Below are positions 42,337-51,752 of a stretch of DNA of 64,000 nt, one piece after another (position 1 is the first letter of the stretch; every line of letters starts with the position of its first letter). The DNA lies in the IMG/VR virus record IMGVR_UViG_3300017989_000071, positions 1 through 64,000 of that record, one strand, 5' to 3'. The notes below the pieces were generated by a model. It was not told where the DNA came from. It did not search any database and worked only from the letters and a program-made list of their open reading frames with translations. Source of the stretch: a virus. The position numbers were made by a program, and so were the translations under genes.

Positions 42337-42467
42337 TGCTCACCCTTCTCATCGAGCCAGTCAGCGAAGGCGGCAACCCACCCCTTGCCGATTACGTAAC
42401 CGATGGGGATACCCGCCAACAGGCCGACGCCCAACGGACCGAAAAGGTATAATATGAAACTATCCAT
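42324..42467 (-). CDS. Small membrane protein
   Basis: LFGPLGVGLLAGIPIGYVIG; GGGAG RBS. Confidence 0.55.
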   Translation of the reverse strand: MDSFILYLFGPLGVGLLAGIPIGYVIGKGWVAAFADWLDEKGEQWGW

Positions 42468-43059
42468 CACTGAACTCCCTCGCTCGGTTTGACAGACATG
42501 TTCTGATGATCTGCGCGGGATCGGTCTGACCATCCTCAATCGCCTGCTCGACAGCAGACTTCGCATCGCCCTTCTTCCAACCCAACTTCGCCAGACCCTC
42601 AATGGAGTCCCTCGCGATCTCCTGATCCAAGCTCGGAATCGCTTCCGCACTCGCCATCCTCTTCGCGGCATCGCGTAGATCGGTGATAATCCGGTCTCGG
42701 GTCTTCTTCCCTGTACCGGCGATCTTCGACCCCGCTCCCGCCGCGATGAAATCAATCACCTGTTGCGCCGACTCGTTCTTCCCGACAATCTTCATCGCTG
42801 TCTGGGGGCCGACCCCGCTTACCCGGAGCAAGAGCTGGAATAATCGGTGATCGAGCTCTTCGAGAAAACCGTACAACTTGTACCCCGATCCCTCGCTGAA
42901 TATCGGATGCACCCGGAAGGAAAGATGGTGATTATACCGGACAGACAAGTACCGCTCGGGAACCTCCAAGCAGAACGTGATCCACTCCGCACCCGCCGGA
43001 GTCACCTCAACGGCGTTCGGCTCAACCCACTGATAACGGCCTTCTAACCGAGAGATCAC
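42460..43059 (-). CDS. ruvA: Holliday junction branch-migration protein RuvA
   Basis: MISRLEG, LYGF, VSGVGPQTAM (HhH), GTGKKTRDRII and C-terminal LAKLGW domain. Confidence 0.9.
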   Translation of the reverse strand: MISRLEGRYQWVEPNAVEVTPAGAEWITFCLEVPERYLSVRYNHHLSFRVHPIFSEGSGYKLYGFLEELDHRLFQLLLRVSGVGPQTAMKIVGKNESAQQVIDFIAAGAGSKIAGTGKKTRDRIITDLRDAAKRMASAEAIPSLDQEIARDSIEGLAKLGWKKGDAKSAVEQAIEDGQTDPAQIIRTCLSNRAREFSDG

Positions 43060-43337
43060 TTTTTCGCTCTCCCCTGCAACAAGAAGACCTTCAGGTCCGC
43101 CGATTCCGGCTTCGCGCTCGCCAGACCCCCGGTCGTCGCTTCCTTCATCAACAACCGCAGAATCTTGCTCGCATCGAGGTTAGATTTCGTCTTGATGCGG
43201 GTCCGGAGAATCTGCTCCTCGAACTGATCGCGCAGGCCGTCCTCCACCTTGAACGAAACGATCTTCGTCTTCAGGAGCTTCCCCGTCTTCTTGTTCCGAG
43301 GCCGGGATGGCTTCTTCTTTTTCTTTACTTGTGGCAT
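43056..43337 (-). CDS. Ribbon-helix-helix-like DNA-binding protein
   Basis: IVSFKVEDGLRDQF...SKILRLLM; Lys-rich N-terminus. Confidence 0.55.
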   Translation of the reverse strand: MPQVKKKKKPSRPRNKKTGKLLKTKIVSFKVEDGLRDQFEEQILRTRIKTKSNLDASKILRLLMKEATTGGLASAKPESADLKVFLLQGRAKK

Positions 43338-45269
43338 CTATACGCCTCCGACAAACATTCCCATATCCCGCAGCGACCCGTTGAACATTGGCGGCAGCGA
43401 CCCGACAAAAATATGGCCGTACCGCTTCGTGCGAACCCGCTCATCGAGGAGAATGACAACGCCGCGATCCTCGGTAGATCGGATCAGCCGACCCACACCC
43501 TGACGAAGAGAGATCGCAGCACGTGGAACTTGATACTGCATAAACGATTTACCCTTACCGGCAATCCGGTCGATCCGCTCCGAACGGGCCTCGTGAATCG
43601 GCTCGTTCGGCGGGGAAAAAGGAATCCGGTCGATCAGCACACACGACAGCGATTCGCCGGGAACGTCGATCCCCTCCCAGAACGAAGCCGTCGCCACCAG
43701 TACCGACGATGTTTCCTCTCGGAACTGGCGCAGCAGCTCGGTCCGGGTTGTCTCGCCCTGAATCAGAACCGTGTAACCCAGCTCCTCTCGAAGCTGGTCA
43801 CCGAACCAGCGCATATTCGCGTAGGACGTACACAGGAAGAGAGCCTTACCCCCGGTGTGCTTGATCGCCCGGCACGCCACCTCCAACGCCTTCTCCCGAT
43901 ACCCCTCGGCGTTCGGCTCCGCATCCAACTGAGGAATCACCAGCAGGGCTTGACTCTCGTAATCGAACACCTCATCCAGAATCATCGACTGCGACCAATT
44001 CGGAAGCCCGAGCCGCGCCGTCGTGTACGTAAACGAGCGGTCCACGGTCAGCGTCGCCGATGTCAGCACAAACGCCTTGTCATCAGACCACAAGTTGTCT
44101 TCGAGAAATTCGTTAATGTTCAAAGGAGTCAGATGCAACTTCACCATCCCCTTCGCATCCTTCTCAACCCACCGCACTACGTTCTCGTCGATGTCAGCCG
44201 CAATAGCGTCTACCGCCGAGGCGAGAACGCTGACCCGCTCGATCAGCTTGAACACCGCCGACTCCCCGGTCCCGTCCGGAAACGCCCGAGCGATAGCCCG
44301 TTTCAAGCCGCTCACCGCCCCGAGGAAATCGTTGCACACCCCTCGCAGATGCTCCATATCCTCGTTTCCGATCTTCGCGCTGCGGCGGTTACCCAGCCAC
44401 TTACCGAAGGCAGCGAACATCCGACCTGACAACGCCTGCATCTCCCGGCTAGACCGCGCCCACATGTGAGCCGGTGCGCTCGCGAGATAATGCTCGGCGT
44501 CCCGCACGATACCCTTGACCTTGTAGGGGAACAGATCGGTTCCGAGAAACCCACACGCCACGTCTTCGAGGTGGTGAGCTTCGTCAAAAACCACAGCATC
44601 GTAGTCAGGCAAAAACCCCTTCTCGGGGTCTTCCAAACGAACGTGAAGATCGGCGAAGAAGAGAGCATGGTTTACGACGATAATGTTTGCTGCCCGAGCC
44701 TGTTCCCTAATCATCTTGGTAAAGCTGTCGGCGAACGGACAGGATTGCCCAAGGCAGGTATCCGAACTACTCATCACCCAGCTCAGAAATTCCGCTGTGT
44801 CGGGAATGCCCCGCAACTCCTCGCGGTCCCCGGTCTCGGTGTTCTCGGCCCACGTCTTGAACGGCTTCCAGTACCCCAACTCTTCTCGCCGCTCCCACGT
44901 CGGAGACTTCTGGAAATCAAGAAATCGTTTACGGCATAAATAATTGCCCTTGCCCTTCAGGATGCAGGCTTTGATGTCACGCCCGATGATCTCTCGGACC
45001 AGCGGAATGTCCTTTTCCCAGAGCTGATGCTGAAGAGCCTTGGAGTGAGTGGAGACGATCACCTTCTTCCCTGACAGGACTGCCGGGATCAGGTACGCCA
45101 AACTCTTCCCCGTTCCCGTCGGAGCCTCGATGCACGTCACCGACCGCCCCCCTCGAAAACTCTCCAGAATCGAATTGGCAGCACGAAGCTGTCCGGGGCG
45201 GAAATGGTACGAATCCATGATCCGCGACATCCGGCCCGCCGGCTCAAAAATATCGCCTAACTCAGACAT
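43338..45269 (-). CDS. DinG/YoaA-family Fe-S helicase
   Basis: EAPTGTGKS, YLC plus CLG..CP Cys, DEAH, TSATL, SFWEGID and QGVGRLIRS. Confidence 0.92.
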   Translation of the reverse strand: MSELGDIFEPAGRMSRIMDSYHFRPGQLRAANSILESFRGGRSVTCIEAPTGTGKSLAYLIPAVLSGKKVIVSTHSKALQHQLWEKDIPLVREIIGRDIKACILKGKGNYLCRKRFLDFQKSPTWERREELGYWKPFKTWAENTETGDREELRGIPDTAEFLSWVMSSSDTCLGQSCPFADSFTKMIREQARAANIIVVNHALFFADLHVRLEDPEKGFLPDYDAVVFDEAHHLEDVACGFLGTDLFPYKVKGIVRDAEHYLASAPAHMWARSSREMQALSGRMFAAFGKWLGNRRSAKIGNEDMEHLRGVCNDFLGAVSGLKRAIARAFPDGTGESAVFKLIERVSVLASAVDAIAADIDENVVRWVEKDAKGMVKLHLTPLNINEFLEDNLWSDDKAFVLTSATLTVDRSFTYTTARLGLPNWSQSMILDEVFDYESQALLVIPQLDAEPNAEGYREKALEVACRAIKHTGGKALFLCTSYANMRWFGDQLREELGYTVLIQGETTRTELLRQFREETSSVLVATASFWEGIDVPGESLSCVLIDRIPFSPPNEPIHEARSERIDRIAGKGKSFMQYQVPRAAISLRQGVGRLIRSTEDRGVVILLDERVRTKRYGHIFVGSLPPMFNGSLRDMGMFVGGV

Positions 45270-45312
45270 GCGTTTTCCCTTCTAGGCGCAAGGTTCCAAT
45301 CGTCACGCAGGT

Positions 45313-45342
45313 ACTATAGCAAACACCGTAGTACGATGTCAA
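45313..45342 (-). promoter_or_regulatory. sigma70-type promoter for the DinG-RHH-RuvA operon
   Basis: TTGACA (45342-45337), 18-nt spacer, extended -10 TGcTATAGT. Confidence 0.8.
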
Positions 45343-45668
45343 GTCTTCACCGCATCCACCTCGACCCCAGCCAACTCCGTCAGGTTCTCCGAACAGCTCT
45401 CCGCATACTTATAGTCAATCTCGATGATCCCCTTCTGACCGGGGTTCTGGTTCAACCAACGCAGCTGGCCCATTAACTTCTTCTGCGACCGCTCGTTGAC
45501 GTTCAAATCCTTGGGCTTCTTGACGACAATGTTCTCGGTCGGATAGAAACCAACAATAGCGTTCTCCGGAACCCAAAACCGAACACCGTCATACTCGATA
45601 AGCCAACCAAGATTGCTCTTCTTGATCGCCTTGCACGGCTTCATCCGAAGAATCTTTTTTCGCTTCAT
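45339..45668 (-). CDS. Hypothetical protein
   Basis: GWLIEYDGVRFWVPE. Confidence 0.6.
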   Translation of the reverse strand: MKRKKILRMKPCKAIKKSNLGWLIEYDGVRFWVPENAIVGFYPTENIVVKKPKDLNVNERSQKKLMGQLRWLNQNPGQKGIIEIDYKYAESCSENLTELAGVEVDAVKT

Positions 45669-45967
45669 CGTCGTAACGCCTTATCGAGATCAGGACCAGC
45701 AAACGCCCGAAGCAGATCAAGGTCTTCCTCGTGCATCTTCCGACCGAGCAGATACTTACGCCGTAGAAAATCCAACCGAGACGAAACAGTATTCACCACA
45801 ACACCGACCATGAAGACAAACAGGTGGAGTGGAGTCGGGGGTACACTCTCCCCCTCCATAAACGTGACGCGGATCATCCGACACTGAGGGTAGGACAAAA
45901 AGATCGTTATCCGATCATCCTCCATCGCCCACTGGTCGATCTCAATCCGGTCGATCTCCCACCTCAT
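45665..45967 (-). CDS. Hypothetical protein
   Basis: Overlap-coupled ORF. Confidence 0.6.
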   Translation of the reverse strand: MRWEIDRIEIDQWAMEDDRITIFLSYPQCRMIRVTFMEGESVPPTPLHLFVFMVGVVVNTVSSRLDFLRRKYLLGRKMHEEDLDLLRAFAGPDLDKALRR

Positions 45968-47274
45968 TCGATCACCTCACGACTCCGGTGAATGCGACGC
46001 CCTCTCAGCTCCTTCCGGATACGCTTCCGGGCCATGTCGCAGTATTCCCTGCTCAGCTCGACCCCGACACACTCTCGACCGTAGGTTCTCGACGCGATGA
46101 TCGTCGTCCCTGTCCCAACAAACGGATCGAGCACACGACACGGAATCGGATCGTGATCGGAGCAATCGCAGGAGGGAACCCAACCAATCGTCTTCCGGGT
46201 CACCTCCCACCCGCGTTCGGGCGGCGGGGATTTCCCCATCCGCTGCTCCGCAAGACTCGACTTCCGCCCTCGGTCGTCCCGCGCCTTCGGGTACGTTTTC
46301 TCCATCACCCGCACCCACGCCGCGCCGCACGTCGGGCAGCACCCCACATCCGATGTCGCCGACAGAATCGGATTGACAATCAAGCCTTCCGAGTAAACCG
46401 CAAAATGCGCTTCCTTGAACGGGTACGTCGCATGGGTCCATACACTCCGGGGATTACGTCCAGTCGTGTCGTCCGGATCGACCGGGCGGTTAGCCTTATC
46501 CTCGACGCGACGACCCCCTTTGAACTTCGACCTCTCCATCTCCTCCCGCACCGCTTCCTGATCGCAAAAGTACGTTCGGCTCGGGGTGAGCATCAAAACA
46601 TATTCGTGCGACTTCGTAGGACGCCACGACGCCCGCCGGGTGCGAACTTCCCAACCATCCCAACACTCCCCGCAGGAACCATCCTCGCACTTTTCGCATG
46701 GAACCTTCTTGCGGTTCTTATCCAGAACGAGCTCGTTCGACCATCCCGACACAGATTCCGGGGTAGGATTCTTTTTGGAGTAAATAATGTCGCACCGTAG
46801 ATACCACCCATCGGCTTGCAACGCCATCCCCAATCGCCACGGGATTCCGATCAGGTCGCCCGGCTTGATACCGCCCCTCGATCCCTGATCCCAATACGAA
46901 TCTCCGATAACGATGTAGCAAACCCCGTCCTTCCGCAGCACCCGCCGAACGGACCGCATCACCTCGACGAAGTGCTCCACGAACAAATCAGGAGTAGGCT
47001 CCAGTCCAAGAGAACCCTCCCACGCTTCACACTGCTTACAGAAACGACCGAGCCGCATCGAAGAACCCGTAGCCACCTTCCGCGTGATCTGTGGACCCCA
47101 TTGATGCTTACACTTCGCATCCCCACCCCACACCTGCCGAGGAAGATCGTAGTCACGCAACTGGAAGTACGGCGGACTCGTTACCATGCAGTGAAAATGA
47201 TGCGGCGGCAGCTTCGACAGCTCCTTCCGAACATCGCCGCAGGCTATCTTCCACCCATCATCGGCCTTAGCCAT
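45964..47274 (-). CDS. Beta-class N4-C/N6-A DNA methyltransferase with Cys-rich insertions
   Basis: VTSPPY (motif IV) precedes LDPFVGTGTT (motif I). Confidence 0.92.
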   Translation of the reverse strand: MAKADDGWKIACGDVRKELSKLPPHHFHCMVTSPPYFQLRDYDLPRQVWGGDAKCKHQWGPQITRKVATGSSMRLGRFCKQCEAWEGSLGLEPTPDLFVEHFVEVMRSVRRVLRKDGVCYIVIGDSYWDQGSRGGIKPGDLIGIPWRLGMALQADGWYLRCDIIYSKKNPTPESVSGWSNELVLDKNRKKVPCEKCEDGSCGECWDGWEVRTRRASWRPTKSHEYVLMLTPSRTYFCDQEAVREEMERSKFKGGRRVEDKANRPVDPDDTTGRNPRSVWTHATYPFKEAHFAVYSEGLIVNPILSATSDVGCCPTCGAAWVRVMEKTYPKARDDRGRKSSLAEQRMGKSPPPERGWEVTRKTIGWVPSCDCSDHDPIPCRVLDPFVGTGTTIIASRTYGRECVGVELSREYCDMARKRIRKELRGRRIHRSREVIE

Positions 47275-47464
47275 CGGACCCGACCTGATTCGGGGGATAG
47301 TAACCGGCCTGTGCGAGGGCGTGCTCGGGGAGCTGGCGGATCATCTCAGCCAACTCCTCCGGGGTCATTTCGATCTTCGTGCGGCGAACCGACAGCACCC
47401 AATTCCCGGTGCGCGTACCGGCTCCTTTCCCGATTCGTTCGAGACTAACCTGTTCCTTCGGCAT
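47267..47464 (-). CDS. Hypothetical protein, 65 aa
   Basis: GGAG RBS before MPKEQV. Confidence 0.5.
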   Translation of the reverse strand: MPKEQVSLERIGKGAGTRTGNWVLSVRRTKIEMTPEELAEMIRQLPEHALAQAGYYPPNQVGSDG

Positions 47465-47819
47465 CGGTTTCTCCGTTATCGGTGGCTGCGGGCATAAGAG
47501 AGTCGTAAGCCTGAGCAGCCGCGTTCTCGATAGCTTCAAGGTTGAACGGCGACGCCCGGCGAAGCTCTTCCCGAGCGAGCGAAAACCCGTAAGGTAGCGA
47601 CTCCAGCGGATGTGCCAGCTTCGGTATTTCCAATTTGAAACGATCCACATCGGTCTTCCCTTCTGAATAGGCCATGATCGCAGCGATCAGGTCGTAGAAG
47701 GCGTGGTAAACCACCTGCGCCTCTTCAGCGATCTCCCGCTTCCGGATCGCTTCTCGACGCCGCTGAAGAAGACCCGTCTTCGGCTTCTTATCGCGCCGTG
47801 ATTTCTTCCCCTTACTCAT
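47445..47819 (-). CDS. Hypothetical basic protein
   Basis: Start at MSKGKK overlapping the epimerase stop. Confidence 0.6.
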   Translation of the reverse strand: MSKGKKSRRDKKPKTGLLQRRREAIRKREIAEEAQVVYHAFYDLIAAIMAYSEGKTDVDRFKLEIPKLAHPLESLPYGFSLAREELRRASPFNLEAIENAAAQAYDSLMPAATDNGETDAEGTG

Positions 47820-48795
47820 CGACCCGTTCCCGCTTCGTAAAGATGCCGATCTGTTTGTCGTTGTGGAAGAAGGGGTCGGTCCACTCGATCTCCGAAGGGA
47901 TTTCCTTGGCCGCTTTGATCGTCTCACGGATGCCGTCGGTCAAATTCGTACAGGAAATCCCCGGATCGGGAACGCCGATCTCAAAACTCTCCCCATCCTC
48001 GGGAGTAGTCGGTTGGTGAATCTCTACTCCCGGAAGCAGCTCGACGATCATCTCCGCAACGGCACGGTCACTCCTCACCGTATCCGAGCCGAAGGGACGC
48101 ACGACCTTCGATCCCACATCCTTCTCCGACAGGAGACTCTTCAGATACCTCGCCGCATCCTCGACGAAAAGATGAACGCCGATGCGATGCGGATCGGCGA
48201 GCGTAATCATCCGCTCCTTCACCGCCTGACCAACCATCATATTGATCCCGCGATCCATCCGGAAGCGACAGCTCCTATAGGGGCCGAAGAGCTCGGGCAA
48301 TTCGACGTAACGAAACACCGCATCCGTAATCTGCCGACCCGAAATACCGTACTCGTAAGCCTCCCGCCGGGCGGTGCAAACCGCGCCGTACACCCCGTCG
48401 TCGAACTTACCCATCATATCCCCCACCACGAACACCCGAGGCACCTCGTGGTCAAAAACGGCCCGGAGCATCTGCGAAACCGTCGTCGCGTTCACGTCGA
48501 AAAGCATAGCGCGTCCCGATCCCGTTTCCGCAACCCGCCGCGCCGCGCTCGCCCCGTTAATATCAACGAGGTGGTAAACCGCATCGCAATGCTGCAAATT
48601 TCGATACCACTGTTCGACCAGACGAACATCCATCGGGAGGGGGAAGAAATTCTTCGACCCGTGCCACGCCGCACCGCTCGGCACCGACATGTAGTGACCC
48701 GCATCCATCCCGACGACAGTGTGACCCGCTTCGAGGAGCATCCGCGTCAACGCAGACCCCAAGTACCCTTGCCAACCAGCAACAACAACTCTCAT
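47812..48795 (-). CDS. Extended-SDR NAD-dependent epimerase/dehydratase-like, degenerate active site
   Basis: VAGWQGYLGS Rossmann motif, DAVYHL, FGP...IN.MV; YxxxK appears as YGAVC. Confidence 0.8.
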   Translation of the reverse strand: MRVVVAGWQGYLGSALTRMLLEAGHTVVGMDAGHYMSVPSGAAWHGSKNFFPLPMDVRLVEQWYRNLQHCDAVYHLVDINGASAARRVAETGSGRAMLFDVNATTVSQMLRAVFDHEVPRVFVVGDMMGKFDDGVYGAVCTARREAYEYGISGRQITDAVFRYVELPELFGPYRSCRFRMDRGINMMVGQAVKERMITLADPHRIGVHLFVEDAARYLKSLLSEKDVGSKVVRPFGSDTVRSDRAVAEMIVELLPGVEIHQPTTPEDGESFEIGVPDPGISCTNLTDGIRETIKAAKEIPSEIEWTDPFFHNDKQIGIFTKRERVDE

Positions 48796-49115
48796 TGGAC
48801 CGACCTCCCGATGAACTGATGGTTTATCTTACGCAGTAAATAATCGCTTGGTTTATACCGGACAACAAAACGATCCGGCATCTCAACGACATTCCCATCC
48901 AGATTGCTTCTCATCCGCCGACCGCGCCGCCGGACAGGGGTAAATTTTCCGAAACACCGTATCCCAACCGCCCGGCCAAGAACAAGCGAACGGCTGATCT
49001 CCTCGAAGGTAGCCTTGAACACCACCCGTACAACGTCGCGGTCAACCCCGGAGCGAGCCGCGATGCGGCGAACCAGCCCCTTGTTCCAATCGACACCTCC
49101 ATCAATTTTGACCAC
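48792..49115 (-). CDS. HU/IHF-family DNA-binding protein
   Basis: LVRRIA...VGIRCFGKF...RSNLDG...VRYKPS; GGAGG RBS before the GTG at 49115. Confidence 0.9.
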   Translation of the reverse strand: MVKIDGGVDWNKGLVRRIAARSGVDRDVVRVVFKATFEEISRSLVLGRAVGIRCFGKFTPVRRRGRRMRSNLDGNVVEMPDRFVVRYKPSDYLLRKINHQFIGRSVQ

Positions 49116-51069
49116 TGAATACCTCCTGCAACTGCCCCACAACCGGATCGGGACGCTCCTCGATCAGGCCGGGGTCGGGACCGGAAACCTGCACCGTAGG
49201 AACCGCCGACGGTTTCAACGCAGCGGCGGCCTCGGGAGAATTGAGTGCGCTGAATACACAGCCACACAACGCATCGGAAACATCCTTCGATTTCGTCGGC
49301 GGATGATCCACCTTCACCTTCTTCAGGTTTCCGGTAAAGAACCGCTCCAGACTCGATAACTCATCGAGCAGCACATCGTGCTTCGGATACTCGATACGCA
49401 ATTCGAGGATCGCCTGCTTCAGCGTCTCGTAGGGGTCCATCGTCCGGTCCACGCTTTGCAGGGACGTATTAAAACCCTCCTTCGCCAACTTCTGCAACGA
49501 ATGCGCCGATTGAAAACCATCGTAGGTCACAAGTTGAATCGGCAACCCCGAGTCGCGAAGGTAGTGAATGAACTCGATGATCCGGTCGTAGTCGATCTCG
49601 GCATACTGCGTGTTTACAACCCGCGCCACGAAATCGACGTGAACCCGATAATCTCGGGTATCGTACTTATGGCCGTACTGGTCGTACCGTGTCACCGTAC
49701 TTACATCGCTTAGGCAGCAACACGCGATTCCCGCCGCATCGTTGTTCAGCGCAAGGTCCACGTGAATAAACCTCAACGACATCGGGTGGTCACGAACCGC
49801 CCACCGATCCCTCACCTTGTCCCGCAGAACGAATACCTCGTTCCGCTTGAAGTCGAGAATCAAATTATTCTTGTCGTCGTCCGTCCCGAGCAACACCGTC
49901 GGGTGAGTAAACGGATTCTGCCGAACTTCTGAAACGCACCCTTGAATCCGATCCCGCCGATAGATGTACGAATTATACCCGTAGGTCGATACCCCACCGA
50001 TGTCGCGGATCGAACCCTCCAAATCAGACTCGAACAGCGGCCACAACGACACGGGCGGGCAAATCAACTGACAGTCTTCCGGAACCGACTGCGGCTTCCG
50101 TTTGTGCATCGAAGATCGCCGCGTCTGCGAACCGACCACCACATAAAACCGCCGCTCCTTCTTCAAGTCCTCCCGCACATCCCACAGCGAATAATCACTG
50201 ACATGGACATTCGCCTCGCCCTCGTGCTCCCGGCGGTGAGTGGTCAACCACGCCGATTCATCCCTCTTCTGCGACAACAGGCATAGTAAACCTCGGGGTC
50301 CGCCCTTCCCGTGAAAGCGCGAAACGATCCTGCCGCGCACCTCCTTGTAGGTCTCCTGAATCACCGGACCGGCGGCTCCCATCTTCGAGAAATTGGCCTC
50401 GTCCAACAGCCCCCCGTACACCGCCTGACCCAGCGCATGTGTCGCCGTACTCCCGACGGTGAAAACCAGATTCTTCGGAAGCTTTCCGTACCTCGCGTTC
50501 GGATGTCGTGTCATAATCCGCTTGAAGTACCGAGACCGCTGCATCGTCTCGCGTATCCGATGAAACGCCACCGAATCGGACAGGCGAATCGTGATATTGA
50601 AAAGTATAATTGCGATCTGGGTGTCCGGAGTAAGACCGAACATGTGCTGAGGATTGCGGATCATCGTCAGAGAATAGATTTTGTAGAGCTGCGCCACCAC
50701 CGCCGCCGTGGTCTTCCCGGTTCCAATCGCACCCTCGATGATCCACTCGCGGATGTCGTTCGCCGGGTCGCACACGTAGCGCAGCTCATCTCGCCAGATC
50801 GGCCAGATGTCGTCACGCATCCCCATATAATCGTCGCTCTCGATAAAAGTGTCGATGTCAACCGGCTTCGTTTCGTAGTCCTCCTCCCACGTGCTCGCCA
50901 GTAAGGGAGAATGCGCCTTCTCCTTCAACTCTTGTATGATATTGAGGATCAACTCACGCTCGGGGCGGGAGTACACGTCCAACACAGCAAGGTTCCCCCG
51001 CTCCAGCTCATCCCATATCGAGCGGATTCCAAGAGCAGTGTCCGGACTGAATTGCGCAGGAGCGAACAT
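49102..51069 (-). CDS. terL: Terminase large subunit
   Basis: GAIGTGKT (Walker A), LLDE (Walker B), IHVDLA, YDGFQS and KDVSDA nuclease motifs. Confidence 0.92.
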   Translation of the reverse strand: MFAPAQFSPDTALGIRSIWDELERGNLAVLDVYSRPERELILNIIQELKEKAHSPLLASTWEEDYETKPVDIDTFIESDDYMGMRDDIWPIWRDELRYVCDPANDIREWIIEGAIGTGKTTAAVVAQLYKIYSLTMIRNPQHMFGLTPDTQIAIILFNITIRLSDSVAFHRIRETMQRSRYFKRIMTRHPNARYGKLPKNLVFTVGSTATHALGQAVYGGLLDEANFSKMGAAGPVIQETYKEVRGRIVSRFHGKGGPRGLLCLLSQKRDESAWLTTHRREHEGEANVHVSDYSLWDVREDLKKERRFYVVVGSQTRRSSMHKRKPQSVPEDCQLICPPVSLWPLFESDLEGSIRDIGGVSTYGYNSYIYRRDRIQGCVSEVRQNPFTHPTVLLGTDDDKNNLILDFKRNEVFVLRDKVRDRWAVRDHPMSLRFIHVDLALNNDAAGIACCCLSDVSTVTRYDQYGHKYDTRDYRVHVDFVARVVNTQYAEIDYDRIIEFIHYLRDSGLPIQLVTYDGFQSAHSLQKLAKEGFNTSLQSVDRTMDPYETLKQAILELRIEYPKHDVLLDELSSLERFFTGNLKKVKVDHPPTKSKDVSDALCGCVFSALNSPEAAAALKPSAVPTVQVSGPDPGLIEERPDPVVGQLQEVFSGQN

Positions 51070-51752
51070 TATTTACTCTCCCTTTTCTTCTGGGGAAGAC
51101 GTTTGCGTTTATTGACCGCCTTCTTCCGCTTCGCCGCCTTCTGTTTCTTCTTCTTCTTCTTCTTCGGTGGCGTGGAAGACTGAGGGGAAACAGGTTTCGG
51201 GGCGGGTGTAACATCAACGACATCCGCCATCTCGAACAGTCTGCGAACCCGCTCTCGCCCCTGCGCCCCGAGCTCTTGCATTTTGACCAACTGATCCTGC
51301 ATGGTCCGCCCGCTAATACCCGCAGCCAACTCTCGTGGGTCGCCAAGAGCATCAGGGTTCCGCGACGCACCGTCGAGCATCTTCTGAAGATTGGCGACGC
51401 TGTTCTGGATATTCCCGTTGTACTCCTTGGCTAACATAATCAGCTCTTCGGTCGTGCTGTTCCTGATCCGTTCCTCGTCGAACAGCTCCGCCTCCACACT
51501 CATCAGCGCACGGAAGACACGAACGATTCGCTCCTGACTCACCGATCCGTAGGCCATCAGGAATGTTCGCGCCTTCTCCTCGAAGTGCGACACCGATTCG
51601 CGGATCACGGTCAATGCCAAACCCGGATCGGGGTTTTCCGCGTGCAACACCTCGACAAGCGGGGCCAGCAGGCGGTCTACCTGCTCCGTCCGCTCGTGAT
51701 AAGTCGGCGGCTTCGGTTCTTCAGGCCGACCGCGCATCGAACTCCAACCCAT
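51069..51752 (-). CDS. Probable terminase small subunit
   Basis: Directly upstream of and coupled to terL; helical; poly-Lys C-terminus. Confidence 0.55.
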   Translation of the reverse strand: MGWSSMRGRPEEPKPPTYHERTEQVDRLLAPLVEVLHAENPDPGLALTVIRESVSHFEEKARTFLMAYGSVSQERIVRVFRALMSVEAELFDEERIRNSTTEELIMLAKEYNGNIQNSVANLQKMLDGASRNPDALGDPRELAAGISGRTMQDQLVKMQELGAQGRERVRRLFEMADVVDVTPAPKPVSPQSSTPPKKKKKKKQKAAKRKKAVNKRKRLPQKKRESK

